Below, piece after piece: positions 29,479-39,752 of a DNA stretch of 64,000 bases; the first letter of the stretch is position 1, and every line of letters begins with the position of its first letter. The notes under the pieces are model-generated. The model did not search any database. It was not told where the DNA came from and was given only the letters and a program-made list of their open reading frames with translations. The position numbers and the translations under genes are program-made. The DNA is from Clostridia bacterium (lineage in GTDB: Bacteria; Bacillota; Clostridia; RGIG6154), in assembly GCA_045589295.1 (NCBI GenBank), contig JAZNOU010000001.1:1-64000 (forward strand), given 5' to 3'.

Positions 29479-30633
29479 ATGTATGATATTTTAACTTTAA
29501 ATAAGATTGCCAAAATCGGACTTGACGTTTTGGGCGATAATTATGCAGTTTCTGACGATCGCACAAATCCTGACGGTATTTTGGTAAGAAGTGCAGCAAT
29601 GCACGATATGGAATTTGACGATAACTTGAAAGCTATCGCAAGAGCAGGTGCAGGTACTAACAACATTCCTGTTGACAGATGTGCCGAAGAAGGTATTGTC
29701 GTTTTCAACACCCCCGGTGCTAATGCTAACGCGGTTAAAGAACTTGTGATTTGCGGTCTTTTCCTTGCATCACGCGATATCACAGAAGGTGCAAAATGGA
29801 CTTCTACTCTCAAAAACGAAGGCGAAGGCGCTGCAAAATTAGTTGAAAAAGGAAAAGGTCAGTTTGCAGGTCACGAAATTGCAGGTAAAAAGCTTGGCGT
29901 TATCGGACTTGGAGCTATCGGCATTATGGTTGCTAACGCAGCTCATAGTCTTGGAATGGAAGTTTTGGGATATGACCCATACATCTCAGTTGATGCAGCA
30001 TGGAGCTTATCGCGTTCAGTTGTGCACGTCAACAACATCAACGATATCTTTACACAGTGTGACTATATTACAATCCACGTTCCGCTCAATCCAAGCACAA
30101 AATACACAATCAACAAAGATACTCTTGCACTTTGCAAAGACGGTGTAAGAATTCTCAATTTCTCAAGAAATGAGTTGGTTGAAAATACTGCTTTAATGTC
30201 AGCTTTAGAAAGCGGAAAAGTTGCAAAATATGTAACTGACTTCCCAAGTGCAGATTTAATTGATGTTAAAAATATCGTTTGCATCCCTCACCTTGGCGCT
30301 TCAACTGAAGAAGCTGAAGACAACTGCGCAGTTATGGCTGCAAAGCAACTCAAAGAGTTCCTTGAAAACGGTAACATCGTTAACTCTGTTAACTATCCTA
30401 ACTGCTCAGCCCCAAGAGAAGGTGCAGTAAGAATTTGTGTTATGCACAAAAACATTCCTACAATGATTAGTCAGATTACAAACGCGGTATCAAAAGTTAA
30501 CGTTGACAATATGATCAACAAAAGCAAAGGCGACTTTGCTTATACAATTCTTGACTTATCAGAAGAACACCCTGAAGCTGCTAATGCAATCACTGCCATT
30601 GACGGAGTAATCCGTGTAAGAGTTATTAAATAA
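29479..30633 (+). CDS. serA: D-3-phosphoglycerate dehydrogenase
   Basis: RAGAGTNNIP, GLGAIG, PHLGAST, C-terminal ACT domain. Confidence 0.93.
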   Translation: MYDILTLNKIAKIGLDVLGDNYAVSDDRTNPDGILVRSAAMHDMEFDDNLKAIARAGAGTNNIPVDRCAEEGIVVFNTPGANANAVKELVICGLFLASRDITEGAKWTSTLKNEGEGAAKLVEKGKGQFAGHEIAGKKLGVIGLGAIGIMVANAAHSLGMEVLGYDPYISVDAAWSLSRSVVHVNNINDIFTQCDYITIHVPLNPSTKYTINKDTLALCKDGVRILNFSRNELVENTALMSALESGKVAKYVTDFPSADLIDVKNIVCIPHLGASTEEAEDNCAVMAAKQLKEFLENGNIVNSVNYPNCSAPREGAVRICVMHKNIPTMISQITNAVSKVNVDNMINKSKGDFAYTILDLSEEHPEAANAITAIDGVIRVRVIK

Positions 30634-30637
30634 GAGA

Positions 30638-31168
30638 GTGAAAATTATGGATTTAAAAAAGCATTTAAGAGTTGTTCCCGATTTCCCTAAAAAGGGTATT
30701 CAGTTTTTTGATGTGACAACCATTTTTCAAAACCCCGAGGCTTTTAAATATGTTGTAGATAAAATGGCAGAGAGCATTAAAGACATTCCTTGTGATGTTA
30801 TTGTAAGTTTAGAATCAAGAGGATTCTTATTTGCATCAGCTATAGCTTATAAACTTGGCAAAAGCCACTCTTTGGTAAGAAAACCCGGCAAATTGCCTTA
30901 TAAGACAGTATCGCAGTCTTACAGCTTAGAATATGGTACAGATACTGTTGAAATGCACGAAGACGCGGTTACCCCGGGACAGAATGTTGTTGTAATTGAT
31001 GACCTTTTAGCTACCGGCGGAACAGTTGAAGCCGCAATCAAATTGGTTGAAAAACTTGGTGGAAATGTAAGTGCAATTTCATTCTTTATTGAAATTGAAG
31101 GTTTAGGTGGCAGAGAAAAGCTGGACGGATACCACATAAACTCAATATTAAAATTAAGAGAAGATTAA
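30638..31168 (+). CDS. apt: Adenine phosphoribosyltransferase
   Basis: PDFPKKGI.F.D, ESRGF, RKPGKLP, YSLEYG, IDDLLATGGT. Confidence 0.97.
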   Translation: MKIMDLKKHLRVVPDFPKKGIQFFDVTTIFQNPEAFKYVVDKMAESIKDIPCDVIVSLESRGFLFASAIAYKLGKSHSLVRKPGKLPYKTVSQSYSLEYGTDTVEMHEDAVTPGQNVVVIDDLLATGGTVEAAIKLVEKLGGNVSAISFFIEIEGLGGREKLDGYHINSILKLRED

Positions 31169-31202
31169 AAAAATACGGTGTGAAATTCACACCGTATTTT
31201 TT
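31168..31202. terminator. Bidirectional terminator apt/tsaD
   Basis: AAAAAATACGGTGTGAA/TTCACACCGTATTTTTT between convergent genes. Confidence 0.88.
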
Positions 31203-32205
31203 ATTCACTATCAATAGGCACAAATGCCAAAGCGTTTAAATCAAGTCCCGAAAATTCTTTTCTTAAATAATAGTGATATGCCGCAGCACCTATCATTGCG
31301 GCATTGTCTGTACAATAAATTGGCTCGGGACAGAAAAATTCCATATTTTCTTTTTCTGCTCTTTGCTTAAAGCTTTCTCTTAGTCTGGAATTTGTTGCAA
31401 CTCCGCCCGCAAGGCATACTTGTTTAACTCCTGCCTGTTTTGCACCCAAAAAGGTGTTGTCGGTCAATATTTCAACTACTGTATCCTGAAAACTCATTGC
31501 TACATCTGAAACATCAATTTGCTCGCCTTTTTGTTCTTTGTTGTGACAATAGTTTATAATAGCAGTCTTAATTCCGCTGAATGAAAAATCAAGTGTTTCT
31601 TCATGGAATTTAGGCTTCGTTATCTTTATCCTGTTTTTACCGGTCTTTGCCGCCTTGTCAATATTAGGTCCGCCCGGATATCCAAGTCCTAGCACACGTG
31701 CAACTTTATCAAATGCCTCTCCTGCAGCATCGTCCCTTGTTTTACCCAAAACTTTATACTTTCTGTAATCCTCCACATAAATAATATGACTATGTCCGCC
31801 TGATGCAACAAGCGATACAAACGGTGGTTTTAATCCCGACAAATAATTTGCACAAATGTGTCCTTCAATATGATGTACCGCAATCAATGGTTTTTTAGCA
31901 CCATAAGCAAAAGCCTTTGCATACGAAAGTCCTACCAAAAGAGACCCAATTAATCCCGGTGCATAAGTAACTGCCACCGCATCAATATCATCAATCGTGC
32001 AGCTTGCGGTTTCTAATGCCTCTTTTACAACGCTGTCAATCACCTCTGCGTGAAGACGTGAAGCCACCTCAGGAACAACTCCACCATACTTTTTGTGAAG
32101 TTCCGCCTGAGAATTTATTATATTTGATAATACTTTTGTTCCGTCTTCAACTACTGCTGCCGCAGTCTCATCACAAGAACTTTCAATCGCAAGTATTTTA
32201 GCCAA
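31201..32205 (-). CDS. tsaD: t6A synthase TsaD
   Basis: [44 protein letters not shown]. Confidence 0.97.
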   Translation of the reverse strand: MAKILAIESSCDETAAAVVEDGTKVLSNIINSQAELHKKYGGVVPEVASRLHAEVIDSVVKEALETASCTIDDIDAVAVTYAPGLIGSLLVGLSYAKAFAYGAKKPLIAVHHIEGHICANYLSGLKPPFVSLVASGGHSHIIYVEDYRKYKVLGKTRDDAAGEAFDKVARVLGLGYPGGPNIDKAAKTGKNRIKITKPKFHEETLDFSFSGIKTAIINYCHNKEQKGEQIDVSDVAMSFQDTVVEILTDNTFLGAKQAGVKQVCLAGGVATNSRLRESFKQRAEKENMEFFCPEPIYCTDNAAMIGAAAYHYYLRKEFSGLDLNALAFVPIDSE

Positions 32206-32647
32206 CTTGTTCTATCTCCTTTGTCATAAGCAATGCATCTTCTTTATTATCGTAGTATTTTGGTCTTAAACCCACTCTTTCAAAGCCATATTTTTCATAT
32301 AAGGCAATTGCAGAAGAATTGCTTACCCTTACCTCTAAAGTTAATGTATACACATCTGTAACTGAGCATTTATTTACCATTTCATTCATTAAAGCCGATG
32401 CGATACCCTTTTGTCTATAATCGGGATGTACTGCAATATTGGTTATTTGACCCTCATCAAAAACCCACCAATATCCTGCATAACCGATTACTTTTTCGTC
32501 TAAAAGTGCAACAAAATATACCGCTAAAGGATTTGTAAGCTCGCTCTCAAACGATTTTAGCGACCATGGTGACTCAAAACACAAATTATCTATATTTTTA
32601 ATGCCGTCAACATGTTCTTTTGTCATAGGCACTATTTTAAAGTCCAT
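32198..32647 (-). CDS. rimI: Ribosomal protein S18 alanine N-acetyltransferase
   Basis: [31 protein letters not shown]. Confidence 0.92.
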   Translation of the reverse strand: MDFKIVPMTKEHVDGIKNIDNLCFESPWSLKSFESELTNPLAVYFVALLDEKVIGYAGYWWVFDEGQITNIAVHPDYRQKGIASALMNEMVNKCSVTDVYTLTLEVRVSNSSAIALYEKYGFERVGLRPKYYDNKEDALLMTKEIEQVG

Positions 32648-32648
32648 T

Positions 32649-33662
32649 TCAAACCTCCACTACCTTGCCGCCTGCCGCCTTGAACAATCTGTTGCAAAGT
32701 GCAAAACCAATTCCGTCTTCTTTTGGTTTTACCGCAAACATTTTATTTACACCAAGGCTGTCAAATTGACGCAGGTAATCAAATAAAAGCTTACTTCCCT
32801 GTTCTGATTTATAAATACTACCCAATGAAAATTCAATCTCGTTTCCTATTGGATACTCATCAAACGTTAAAACGCCTGCCTCGGGGAATTTTTTTATATA
32901 CTCTTTAATACTTTCATACTCGCCCTCTAAAACAACAAGATCGCCTTTAGGGGCATAGTGCTTATATTTCATTCCGGGACTTTTTGGTTTTTCAACACTA
33001 CTTTTGTCTATAAGATGTCTGTCGTAGCTTACATCAATTCCAAGCTTTTCAATATCCTCGAATGTAACTCTTCCCGGTCTTAAAATAACAGCCTTTTGTC
33101 CTGTCACATCAATAACTGTTGACTCTAACCCAACCTCACAACTTCCACCATCTATTATCATATCTATTTTGCCATTCAAATCCTCAAAAACGTGCTGAGC
33201 CTTTGTAGGACTTGGTCTTCCCGAAGAATTTGCAGACGGTGCAGCAATTGGCTTATTTGCATAATTTATTAAATTTCTGGCAATCTCGTTTTCAGGAAGT
33301 CTTACTGCAACAGTATCAAGTCCACCTGAAACTGTATCTGAAACTATGCTTTGCTTTTTCATAACAAGTGTCATAGGACCCGGCCAGAACTTGTCCATAA
33401 GTATTTTCGCAATGGGCGTAATCTCTGCGACAAGGTCTTTTAACTGTTTTATATCAGAAATATGTAAAATAAGCGGATTATCAGATGGTCTTCCCTTAGC
33501 CTGATATATTTTCTTTACAGCTTTAACATTTAAACCGTCTGCACCAAGACCATAAACAGTTTCGGTTGGAAACGCAACAAGTCCGCCTATATTTATAATA
33601 TCGGCGGCTTCTTTTAATATGTCATTATTTTTGGCGTCATATTTTACAAACTTTGTTGTCAT
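32649..33662 (-). CDS. sua5: Threonylcarbamoyl-AMP synthase, Sua5 type
   Basis: FPTETVYGLGA, KGRPSDNPLI, APSANSSG, SPGMKYKHYAP. Confidence 0.95.
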   Translation of the reverse strand: MTTKFVKYDAKNNDILKEAADIINIGGLVAFPTETVYGLGADGLNVKAVKKIYQAKGRPSDNPLILHISDIKQLKDLVAEITPIAKILMDKFWPGPMTLVMKKQSIVSDTVSGGLDTVAVRLPENEIARNLINYANKPIAAPSANSSGRPSPTKAQHVFEDLNGKIDMIIDGGSCEVGLESTVIDVTGQKAVILRPGRVTFEDIEKLGIDVSYDRHLIDKSSVEKPKSPGMKYKHYAPKGDLVVLEGEYESIKEYIKKFPEAGVLTFDEYPIGNEIEFSLGSIYKSEQGSKLLFDYLRQFDSLGVNKMFAVKPKEDGIGFALCNRLFKAAGGKVVEV

Positions 33663-33677
33663 TAAATAAAAGACCTC

Positions 33678-34166
33678 TCAATAATTATCTTTAAGTTCCA
33701 ATGAATCATCATTTTCTATCCACTGCTCTACATCGTAAACTCTATAAGTTTCTTTATCATCTCTTATGTATACTTTTGCAATCCCTGCATTGATAATCAT
33801 ACGCTTGCACATTGCGCAAGGCATTGCATTTTTAACCAAAGAACCATCATCTTTTTCTTTTCCAACAAGATAAAGCTCAGCCCCCAGCATTTCACTTCTG
33901 GAAGCGCTTATAATTGCATTTGCTTCGGCGTGAACAGAACGACAAAGTTCATATCTTGTTCCTCTTGGCACATTAAACTTTTGCCTTATACACTCACCTG
34001 TATCAATACAGTTTTGTCTGCCTCTGGGCGCACCAACATAACCAGTTGAAACAATTTCATCATTTTTAACTATAATAGCACCAAAATTACGTCTCAAACA
34101 TGTTCCGCGTTCCAATACGGTTTCTGCAATATCAAGATAGTAATTAACTTTATCTCTTCTTTCCAT
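33678..34166 (-). CDS. CMP/dCMP deaminase family protein
   Basis: RGTCLRR, HAEANA, PCAMC zinc motif. Confidence 0.9.
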   Translation of the reverse strand: MERRDKVNYYLDIAETVLERGTCLRRNFGAIIVKNDEIVSTGYVGAPRGRQNCIDTGECIRQKFNVPRGTRYELCRSVHAEANAIISASRSEMLGAELYLVGKEKDDGSLVKNAMPCAMCKRMIINAGIAKVYIRDDKETYRVYDVEQWIENDDSLELKDNY

Positions 34167-34176
34167 ACAATCCACC

Positions 34177-34857
34177 TCAATCATTCCCTATGTATGCTTT
34201 TAAAACATAATCGGGAGTAATATCTTTTTTATTTTTATGCAAATAACTTTTTTCTGCAATATATCCAACCGCCACAGCACTGTTAACACAGTAAAGTTCA
34301 TCAGCAAACATAGCATTTTCACCAAGCTGTGAAATTATATAATCCTTATGTTTATATACGCAGTCACCCGTAAAAACAACTTTTTTATTTAAAACTGCAA
34401 GCTGACATATAATATTTTTTATATTCTGGCAATCGGCTTTATATATCTCTTCTGTAACATCGCCCTTTTTATATACTGCATAGTATGCCTGATCACGCCT
34501 TGCATCAATCAACGGGCAAACAAGTTCTTTATACATTAAGTAAGGATACGCCATAGCCTGCAATGTTGAAACACCAACTGCAGGTTTTTTTAAAGAATCT
34601 GCAAATCCCTTAACCGCTGCAATACCAACACGTAACCCTGTAAATGAACCAGGACCGTGAGCTGCTGCAAAAAGGTCAATATCGCTTACGCTTAGTTCAA
34701 GTTGTTCTAAGAGTTTTTGTGCAACTACCATAATTTTCTGCGAGTGTGGTTTTTTTAAATTAAGAGTCATAACCCCAAGCATTTTGCCGTCTTCAACAAC
34801 TGCAACCGATGCTGCAGCCGTTGCTGTATCAAAAGCAAGCGTCTTCAATTTATTCAC
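34177..34857 (-). CDS. tsaB: t6A biosynthesis protein TsaB
   Basis: LAFDTAT, HSQK, GPGSFTGLRVG, IDARR. Confidence 0.95.
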   Translation of the reverse strand: MNKLKTLAFDTATAAASVAVVEDGKMLGVMTLNLKKPHSQKIMVVAQKLLEQLELSVSDIDLFAAAHGPGSFTGLRVGIAAVKGFADSLKKPAVGVSTLQAMAYPYLMYKELVCPLIDARRDQAYYAVYKKGDVTEEIYKADCQNIKNIICQLAVLNKKVVFTGDCVYKHKDYIISQLGENAMFADELYCVNSAVAVGYIAEKSYLHKNKKDITPDYVLKAYIGND

Positions 34858-35260
34858 ACTCCTTTATTTCTATGGTTCGCATTTGACCACTGTATTTAAT
34901 ATTTACAACGTAATATTTTTCTAAAAGTCCCAGTGCAATATCCGGCCATTCAATTACACATATTCCGTCAGAATACACATAGCTGTCAAAATCAATACTC
35001 ATCAAATCATTTTCAGATGATAATCTGTAAAGGTCAAAATGGTAAAGCGGAATATCGCCGCCATAGTCATGCACAATAGAAAAAGTAGGGCTTACCGGCT
35101 CATACTTTGTGTTAAGTGCTTTTGCAATGCCTTTTGTAAATGTGGTTTTTCCTGCACCCAAATCACCTATCAGGCACACAATATCACCGCTCTTTAGTTT
35201 TTTACCGAACTCAAATCCACACAAAACTGTGTCTTGTGCGCTTTTGCACAACATTTCCAT
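34850..35260 (-). CDS. tsaE: t6A biosynthesis ATPase TsaE
   Basis: GDLGAGKT, SPTF, HFDLYRL, IEW. Confidence 0.95.
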   Translation of the reverse strand: MEMLCKSAQDTVLCGFEFGKKLKSGDIVCLIGDLGAGKTTFTKGIAKALNTKYEPVSPTFSIVHDYGGDIPLYHFDLYRLSSENDLMSIDFDSYVYSDGICVIEWPDIALGLLEKYYVVNIKYSGQMRTIEIKECE

Positions 35261-35362
35261 AATTCGTCCCTTATTAATAAGTATATTTTCATTTGATTAT
35301 AGCATTTTGAACAAAAAAAGTCAAGTTTCAGCCATTTTTTCGTGAATATTTTAGGCAAAATT

Positions 35363-35434
35363 TGTATATAATCTGTAACATAAAGTGATTTTTTATTAAA
35401 AAAACTTGACAAATTGTTAAAAAAGTGTTACAAT
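35363..35434 (+). promoter_or_regulatory. Sigma-A promoter with upstream WalR-like direct repeat
   Basis: TTGACA (35406-11)-17-TACAAT (35429-34) with TG; TGTATA-N5-TGTAAC at 35363-79 (one mismatch to WalR consensus). Confidence 0.65.
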
Positions 35435-35532
35435 CTATCAAGTCCAAAGAAAGACGCTACGGCAAATGGCTCAAAATGGCGATTTTTGTCATTTTAATAC
35501 AGAGCTTATGCCTAAACGATTTGGAGGTACGT

Positions 35533-36453
35533 ATGTTTTTTAAATCAAAAAAGATGTTGGCCAGAATTATACTTTCACTGGTTTTGGTTTCAACTATCGT
35601 TCCCGTTGTTTCCGCATATACAAAGGATCCTGCATCTGAACTTAAAATATGCGTTTTAGACGGCGAAAAACTTTCTGACTTAAACTACAAAGGTAAAGAC
35701 CCATATTCAGATATTGACAAAAGTTATTTAAACTATAACGGCTATGCTATTTCAGACAACGATTACATCAAGCCAGTGTATGACAGTGAAACAAACACAC
35801 TTACTTTTGAGGTAGTAAGAGTTGTAATTGAAACAATCTCAGAAGACGAAATTATCAAAAAAGGTTCAATAACAACATATAACAGTTCTTTGGAAAAAGG
35901 AACAACAAAACTTTTAAGAGAAGGTAACGACGGTTTAAAAACCTCAACCTATACAGTAAGATATGAAAATGGTGTAGAAACATCAAGAGTTTTAACATCA
36001 GAGATTATTTCAAAAAAACCTGTTGATGAAATTATTGAACAGGGCACAAAAGTTGTTACTATCTACAATAAAACCGGTTCGACTGTTACAGGCTCTAAAC
36101 TTGTAACATCAGGCGGAAAAGAACTTACATTCAGCAACGTTATAACTGCTTCTGCCACAGCTTATGACCTCTCATATGAAAGTTGCGGAAAACGTCCTGG
36201 TGACAGAGGTTATGGCATCACTGCATCAGGTATGCGTGCTCAGTACGGAGTTATCGCAGTTGACCCGAGAGTTATTCCGCTTGGCACAAGACTTTATATA
36301 GAAGCAGCAGACGGCAGTTGGGTATACGGCGAAGCTATTGCTGGTGATACAGGCGGAGCTATCAAAGGCAATAAAATTGACCTTTTCTTCAACTCGCGCT
36401 CAGAATGTTTAAACTTTGGCAGAAGAACTGCAAAAATTTATATTTTGGACTAA
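35533..36453 (+). CDS. G5 and 3D domain cell-wall protein (YabE/Rpf-like)
   Basis: Signal peptide, G5 (KPVDEIIEQGTK), 3D (ATAY, TASG, AVDP, DTGGAIKGNKIDL); start at ATG 35533. Confidence 0.9.
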   Translation: MFFKSKKMLARIILSLVLVSTIVPVVSAYTKDPASELKICVLDGEKLSDLNYKGKDPYSDIDKSYLNYNGYAISDNDYIKPVYDSETNTLTFEVVRVVIETISEDEIIKKGSITTYNSSLEKGTTKLLREGNDGLKTSTYTVRYENGVETSRVLTSEIISKKPVDEIIEQGTKVVTIYNKTGSTVTGSKLVTSGGKELTFSNVITASATAYDLSYESCGKRPGDRGYGITASGMRAQYGVIAVDPRVIPLGTRLYIEAADGSWVYGEAIAGDTGGAIKGNKIDLFFNSRSECLNFGRRTAKIYILD

Positions 36454-36457
36454 TACT

Positions 36458-37405
36458 ATGCAAAAATTTATTGTCGGCGAAAACGACGCAAATCAGAGAC
36501 TTGACAAATATCTGACAAAAATGTTTCCAAACCTTCCGCAGTCAATGATGTATAAGGCTATACGAAAAAAGGACATTAAATTAAACGGAAAGCGTTGCGA
36601 GATTTCCTCAAGACTAAGTGTTGGAGATGTTTTACAGCTTTATATCAAAGATGAATTCTTAGAAACAAAACAGAGCAAACCTGAGGTTTGCTCTGTTGTT
36701 CCTGTTTTAAATGTTTTATACGAAGACAACAATATACTTTTAATTGATAAAAAGCCGGGAATAAGTGTTCATTCTGACTTAACTCAGGATAAAAACAATG
36801 ACCTTATAACACAAATCCAGGCATACCTTTACTTAAAAGGCGAATATAATCCTGATGATAAAAGCTCTTTTACTCCGTCGCTTTGCAACAGAATAGACAA
36901 AAACACAGGCGGTATTGTAATTGCAGCCAAAAATGCAACTGCACTCCGCACCATAAATCAAAAAATCAAAAATAGAGAGATTTCAAAAAAATACCTTTGC
37001 ATTGTTCATGGAATTCTTGATAAAAAAAGTGCAACTCTCAACGCTTATCATATTAAAAATAGCAAGCTTAACCGAGCTTTTATATTTGACACCCCTGAAG
37101 ATGGGGCAAGAAAAATCACCACTAAATACAAAGTATTAAAAGAAAAAGATGGTCTTTCTTTAGTTGAGGTAGATTTGCTTACAGGAAGAACCCATCAGAT
37201 AAGAGCGCATTTTGCATACATAGGTCACCCACTCGCCGGTGACACCAAGTATGGCACAAACAAACAAAATCAGCACCTTAGCTTTAAGCATCAGGCGCTG
37301 TACTCATACAAAATTAAATTTAATTTTACATCTTCTTCCCCGCTTGATTACTTAAAGGGAAAAGAGTTTACCGTAGAAAAGGTTGATTTTGCAGAAAATT
37401 TTTAA
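36458..37405 (+). CDS. RluA-family pseudouridine synthase with S4 domain
   Basis: QRLDKYL, NRIDKNTGG, LLTGRTHQIRAH. Confidence 0.93.
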   Translation: MQKFIVGENDANQRLDKYLTKMFPNLPQSMMYKAIRKKDIKLNGKRCEISSRLSVGDVLQLYIKDEFLETKQSKPEVCSVVPVLNVLYEDNNILLIDKKPGISVHSDLTQDKNNDLITQIQAYLYLKGEYNPDDKSSFTPSLCNRIDKNTGGIVIAAKNATALRTINQKIKNREISKKYLCIVHGILDKKSATLNAYHIKNSKLNRAFIFDTPEDGARKITTKYKVLKEKDGLSLVEVDLLTGRTHQIRAHFAYIGHPLAGDTKYGTNKQNQHLSFKHQALYSYKIKFNFTSSSPLDYLKGKEFTVEKVDFAENF

Positions 37406-38097
37406 AGATTTTCAAGTGCACTTTCAACGGTCTGTTTATCAAGGTCAGACAAATATGAAAATTTTTGCAAAAGAGCTTTTTGGAAAAGTTCTTTTGCTTT
37501 TTTAATATTCCCCTGTTTTAATTTAACAAGCCCGTAGTTATAATACGCTTCCGGGAAAGATGGAGTTTTTTCTTGATGCATTTTTTCATAAATTTCTTCT
37601 GCCTTACCAAAATCCTCTAAAAGATAATAGCTAAATGCAAGATTGTCCAAAATCACCGCATCATCAGATGCAAAATCATAAGCTTCCAAATTAAGTTTAA
37701 GTGCTTTTTCGCCATCACCCTGCAAAACATAAAAATACCCTAAATTTCCGTAAACAACAGTATTCTTATAATCTTTTAAAATATTTTCAGTCCTCTTTAC
37801 TGCCTCGTCAAGCTTTCCCTCTTTCCAAAGTAAAAGCGCATAGTTTTGTTCAACCTGAACTTTAATATCCTTAGAACATTTTTTTAGTTGTTTATCAAAC
37901 GGAAATATAAGATTATCAAAGACTTCTCTTGCTTTTAAAAAGTCGCCATTTTTCATAAGATAAAAAGCACAAAAAACTTTCATTTCAATTGTTGCTTTTT
38001 TCTTTTGTATCAATTTTTCAAAAATTTCAAGTCCTTTTTGTTCGTTACCAATAACAATTTGCCCTTTTGCTTTACGAAACAAATGTTTTTCAAACAA
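37402..38097 (-). CDS. Tetratricopeptide repeat protein
   Basis: Repeated TPR-like helices (VYGNLGYFY, LDNLAFSY, AYYNYG). Confidence 0.8.
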   Translation of the reverse strand: MFEKHLFRKAKGQIVIGNEQKGLEIFEKLIQKKKATIEMKVFCAFYLMKNGDFLKAREVFDNLIFPFDKQLKKCSKDIKVQVEQNYALLLWKEGKLDEAVKRTENILKDYKNTVVYGNLGYFYVLQGDGEKALKLNLEAYDFASDDAVILDNLAFSYYLLEDFGKAEEIYEKMHQEKTPSFPEAYYNYGLVKLKQGNIKKAKELFQKALLQKFSYLSDLDKQTVESALENL

Positions 38098-38100
38098 TTT

Positions 38101-39210
38101 TTATTCCCTCTCCCCAATACCTATAATAAACTCACACAAATCACGTGTTGCATAAGGCTTTCCAATGTGCTTTATACCATCGGAAAGATTTTTTATTTTC
38201 CATTCATTATTAAAAAGCTGATAAATTGCTTCATCCACTTTATATGTTGATGTTACAAGCTGTGCCATACCATTATTCAACAAAAATTCAACATTTCTGT
38301 CTTCCTGACCGGGTATAGGATTTATTAAAATAAGGGGCATTCCTTTTGCCAAACTTTCCGAAACTGTAAGACCACCCGGCTTTGTAATTATACAATCTGA
38401 TGCATCCATTAAAACATCAACATTATTCACAAAACCGTAGCAATAAATTATCTTTTTTGTATCAAGCGTTTCAATTCTGCGCTTTAATGATTTGTTACTT
38501 CCACATACAACAATTATCTGAAAATCAAGCTCTAATTTATCAAGCTCTTTTATGCGTTTTACAACTTTACCAAAGCCCATAGAGCCACTCATCACCAAAA
38601 CAGTAGGTTTTTCCTCAATACCAAGCATTTTTCTTGCCTGACTTTTAGGAATTTTCTGTGCAAATTTTTCATCAATTGGTATGCCGAAAGGTTTTATCTT
38701 TTCAAGCGGAATATTCTTTTTTTGTGCCTGACAATTTAACAACTCGGATGCTGTCACATAATAATCAAGTGTAGTTTTCTGCCAATACGGATGTATAGTA
38801 TAGTCGGTAATAATTCCTACAGTAACAACATCTGACAAAATTTCTTCACCCAAAGCATTAATCATATGTGCTGCCATAACGTGCGTGGCAATAATAACAT
38901 CCGGATTATATGCCTTTACAAACTTGGCAAACTTTATTTTCATAACCTTATTTGCCGCCTTTAACATATAAAGCTTGTCATAAGGGTCGCTTATCTCTGC
39001 CATTCTGTAAAATTTGCCATAAACATTTGGTGCATATTTTGTTGAAGCAAGGTAGCCTTTTTGAACACTTCCGCCTAAAAGCTTGCTTACATATTTGTAA
39101 ACATCAATAAGCTTTGCTTCGTGCCCATGGCTTTTTATATATTTTTCTATTGCCGCACCGGTAGACAAGTGTCCACCGCCGGTTGGTATTGTAAGAACCA
39201 ATACTTTCAT
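38101..39210 (-). CDS. MGDG synthase / UgtP-like glycosyltransferase
   Basis: TGGGH, ITDY..HPYW, GIPI, ITKPGGLT, PIPGQE.RN. Confidence 0.9.
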   Translation of the reverse strand: MKVLVLTIPTGGGHLSTGAAIEKYIKSHGHEAKLIDVYKYVSKLLGGSVQKGYLASTKYAPNVYGKFYRMAEISDPYDKLYMLKAANKVMKIKFAKFVKAYNPDVIIATHVMAAHMINALGEEILSDVVTVGIITDYTIHPYWQKTTLDYYVTASELLNCQAQKKNIPLEKIKPFGIPIDEKFAQKIPKSQARKMLGIEEKPTVLVMSGSMGFGKVVKRIKELDKLELDFQIIVVCGSNKSLKRRIETLDTKKIIYCYGFVNNVDVLMDASDCIITKPGGLTVSESLAKGMPLILINPIPGQEDRNVEFLLNNGMAQLVTSTYKVDEAIYQLFNNEWKIKNLSDGIKHIGKPYATRDLCEFIIGIGERE

Positions 39211-39445
39211 TTTTTCTACTTCCTTTTATAAATAAATTGCAAACATTTTCAAATTCACATTTATTTTAATATGACAAAACTATCCACTTGTCCACTGCAA
39301 GAGAATTAACAACTTTACTTATATTCCCTGAATTGTACGGATACTCCATCGGGGTCATAAACATAAAAACTGCGAGGCATAAAGTTTAGATGCAAACCCT
39401 TTTTGATGGCTGCTCATGTCAAGCTATAACTAAAAACATATAAAT

Positions 39446-39457
39446 AAATTGGAATTT
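39446..39457 (-). repeat. Cassette-boundary site B, copy 2
   Basis: AAATTCCAATTT on gene strand, 2 bp after stop; identical to 199-210. Confidence 0.8.
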
Positions 39458-39459
39458 GT

Positions 39460-39726
39460 TTATTTCTTTTTTCGTATAGGTACAATTACCTTTAACAGCA
39501 GTATAATAACAGCTATCAGGAAAAGTTGTATAAGGATAGCATAAATTATAAGACCCCGCGATTCGTAATAACACAACTCGTCCCACCAAACAACGACTTC
39601 AAAAATCGCAGTCAGTAAAATACTAAACCAAACATATCTACGATTGATAAAGAAAAATACAAAAGATAGGATAAATGTCGGTAAAACTTTTGGTAATAAA
39701 AGATATTGAATGATTATTGTTAGCAT
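39460..39726 (-). CDS. Small three-TM membrane protein (88 aa), unknown function
   Basis: Three hydrophobic segments, YYESRG loop, basic C-terminus; GGTGGTG RBS. Confidence 0.75.
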   Translation of the reverse strand: MLTIIIQYLLLPKVLPTFILSFVFFFINRRYVWFSILLTAIFEVVVWWDELCYYESRGLIIYAILIQLFLIAVIILLLKVIVPIRKKK

Positions 39727-39740
39727 AATGACACCACCAC

Positions 39741-39752
39741 AAATTCTTATTT
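39741..39752 (+). repeat. Cassette-boundary site A, copy 2
   Basis: AAATTCTTATTT identical to 924-935; 14 bp upstream of ATG. Confidence 0.8.

Noticed and set aside
35441-35532. c-di-GMP-I or c-di-AMP riboswitch call for the G5/3D leader
   Set aside because: GGCAAA is present but the other consensus elements are not; kept only as an unclassified structured leader.
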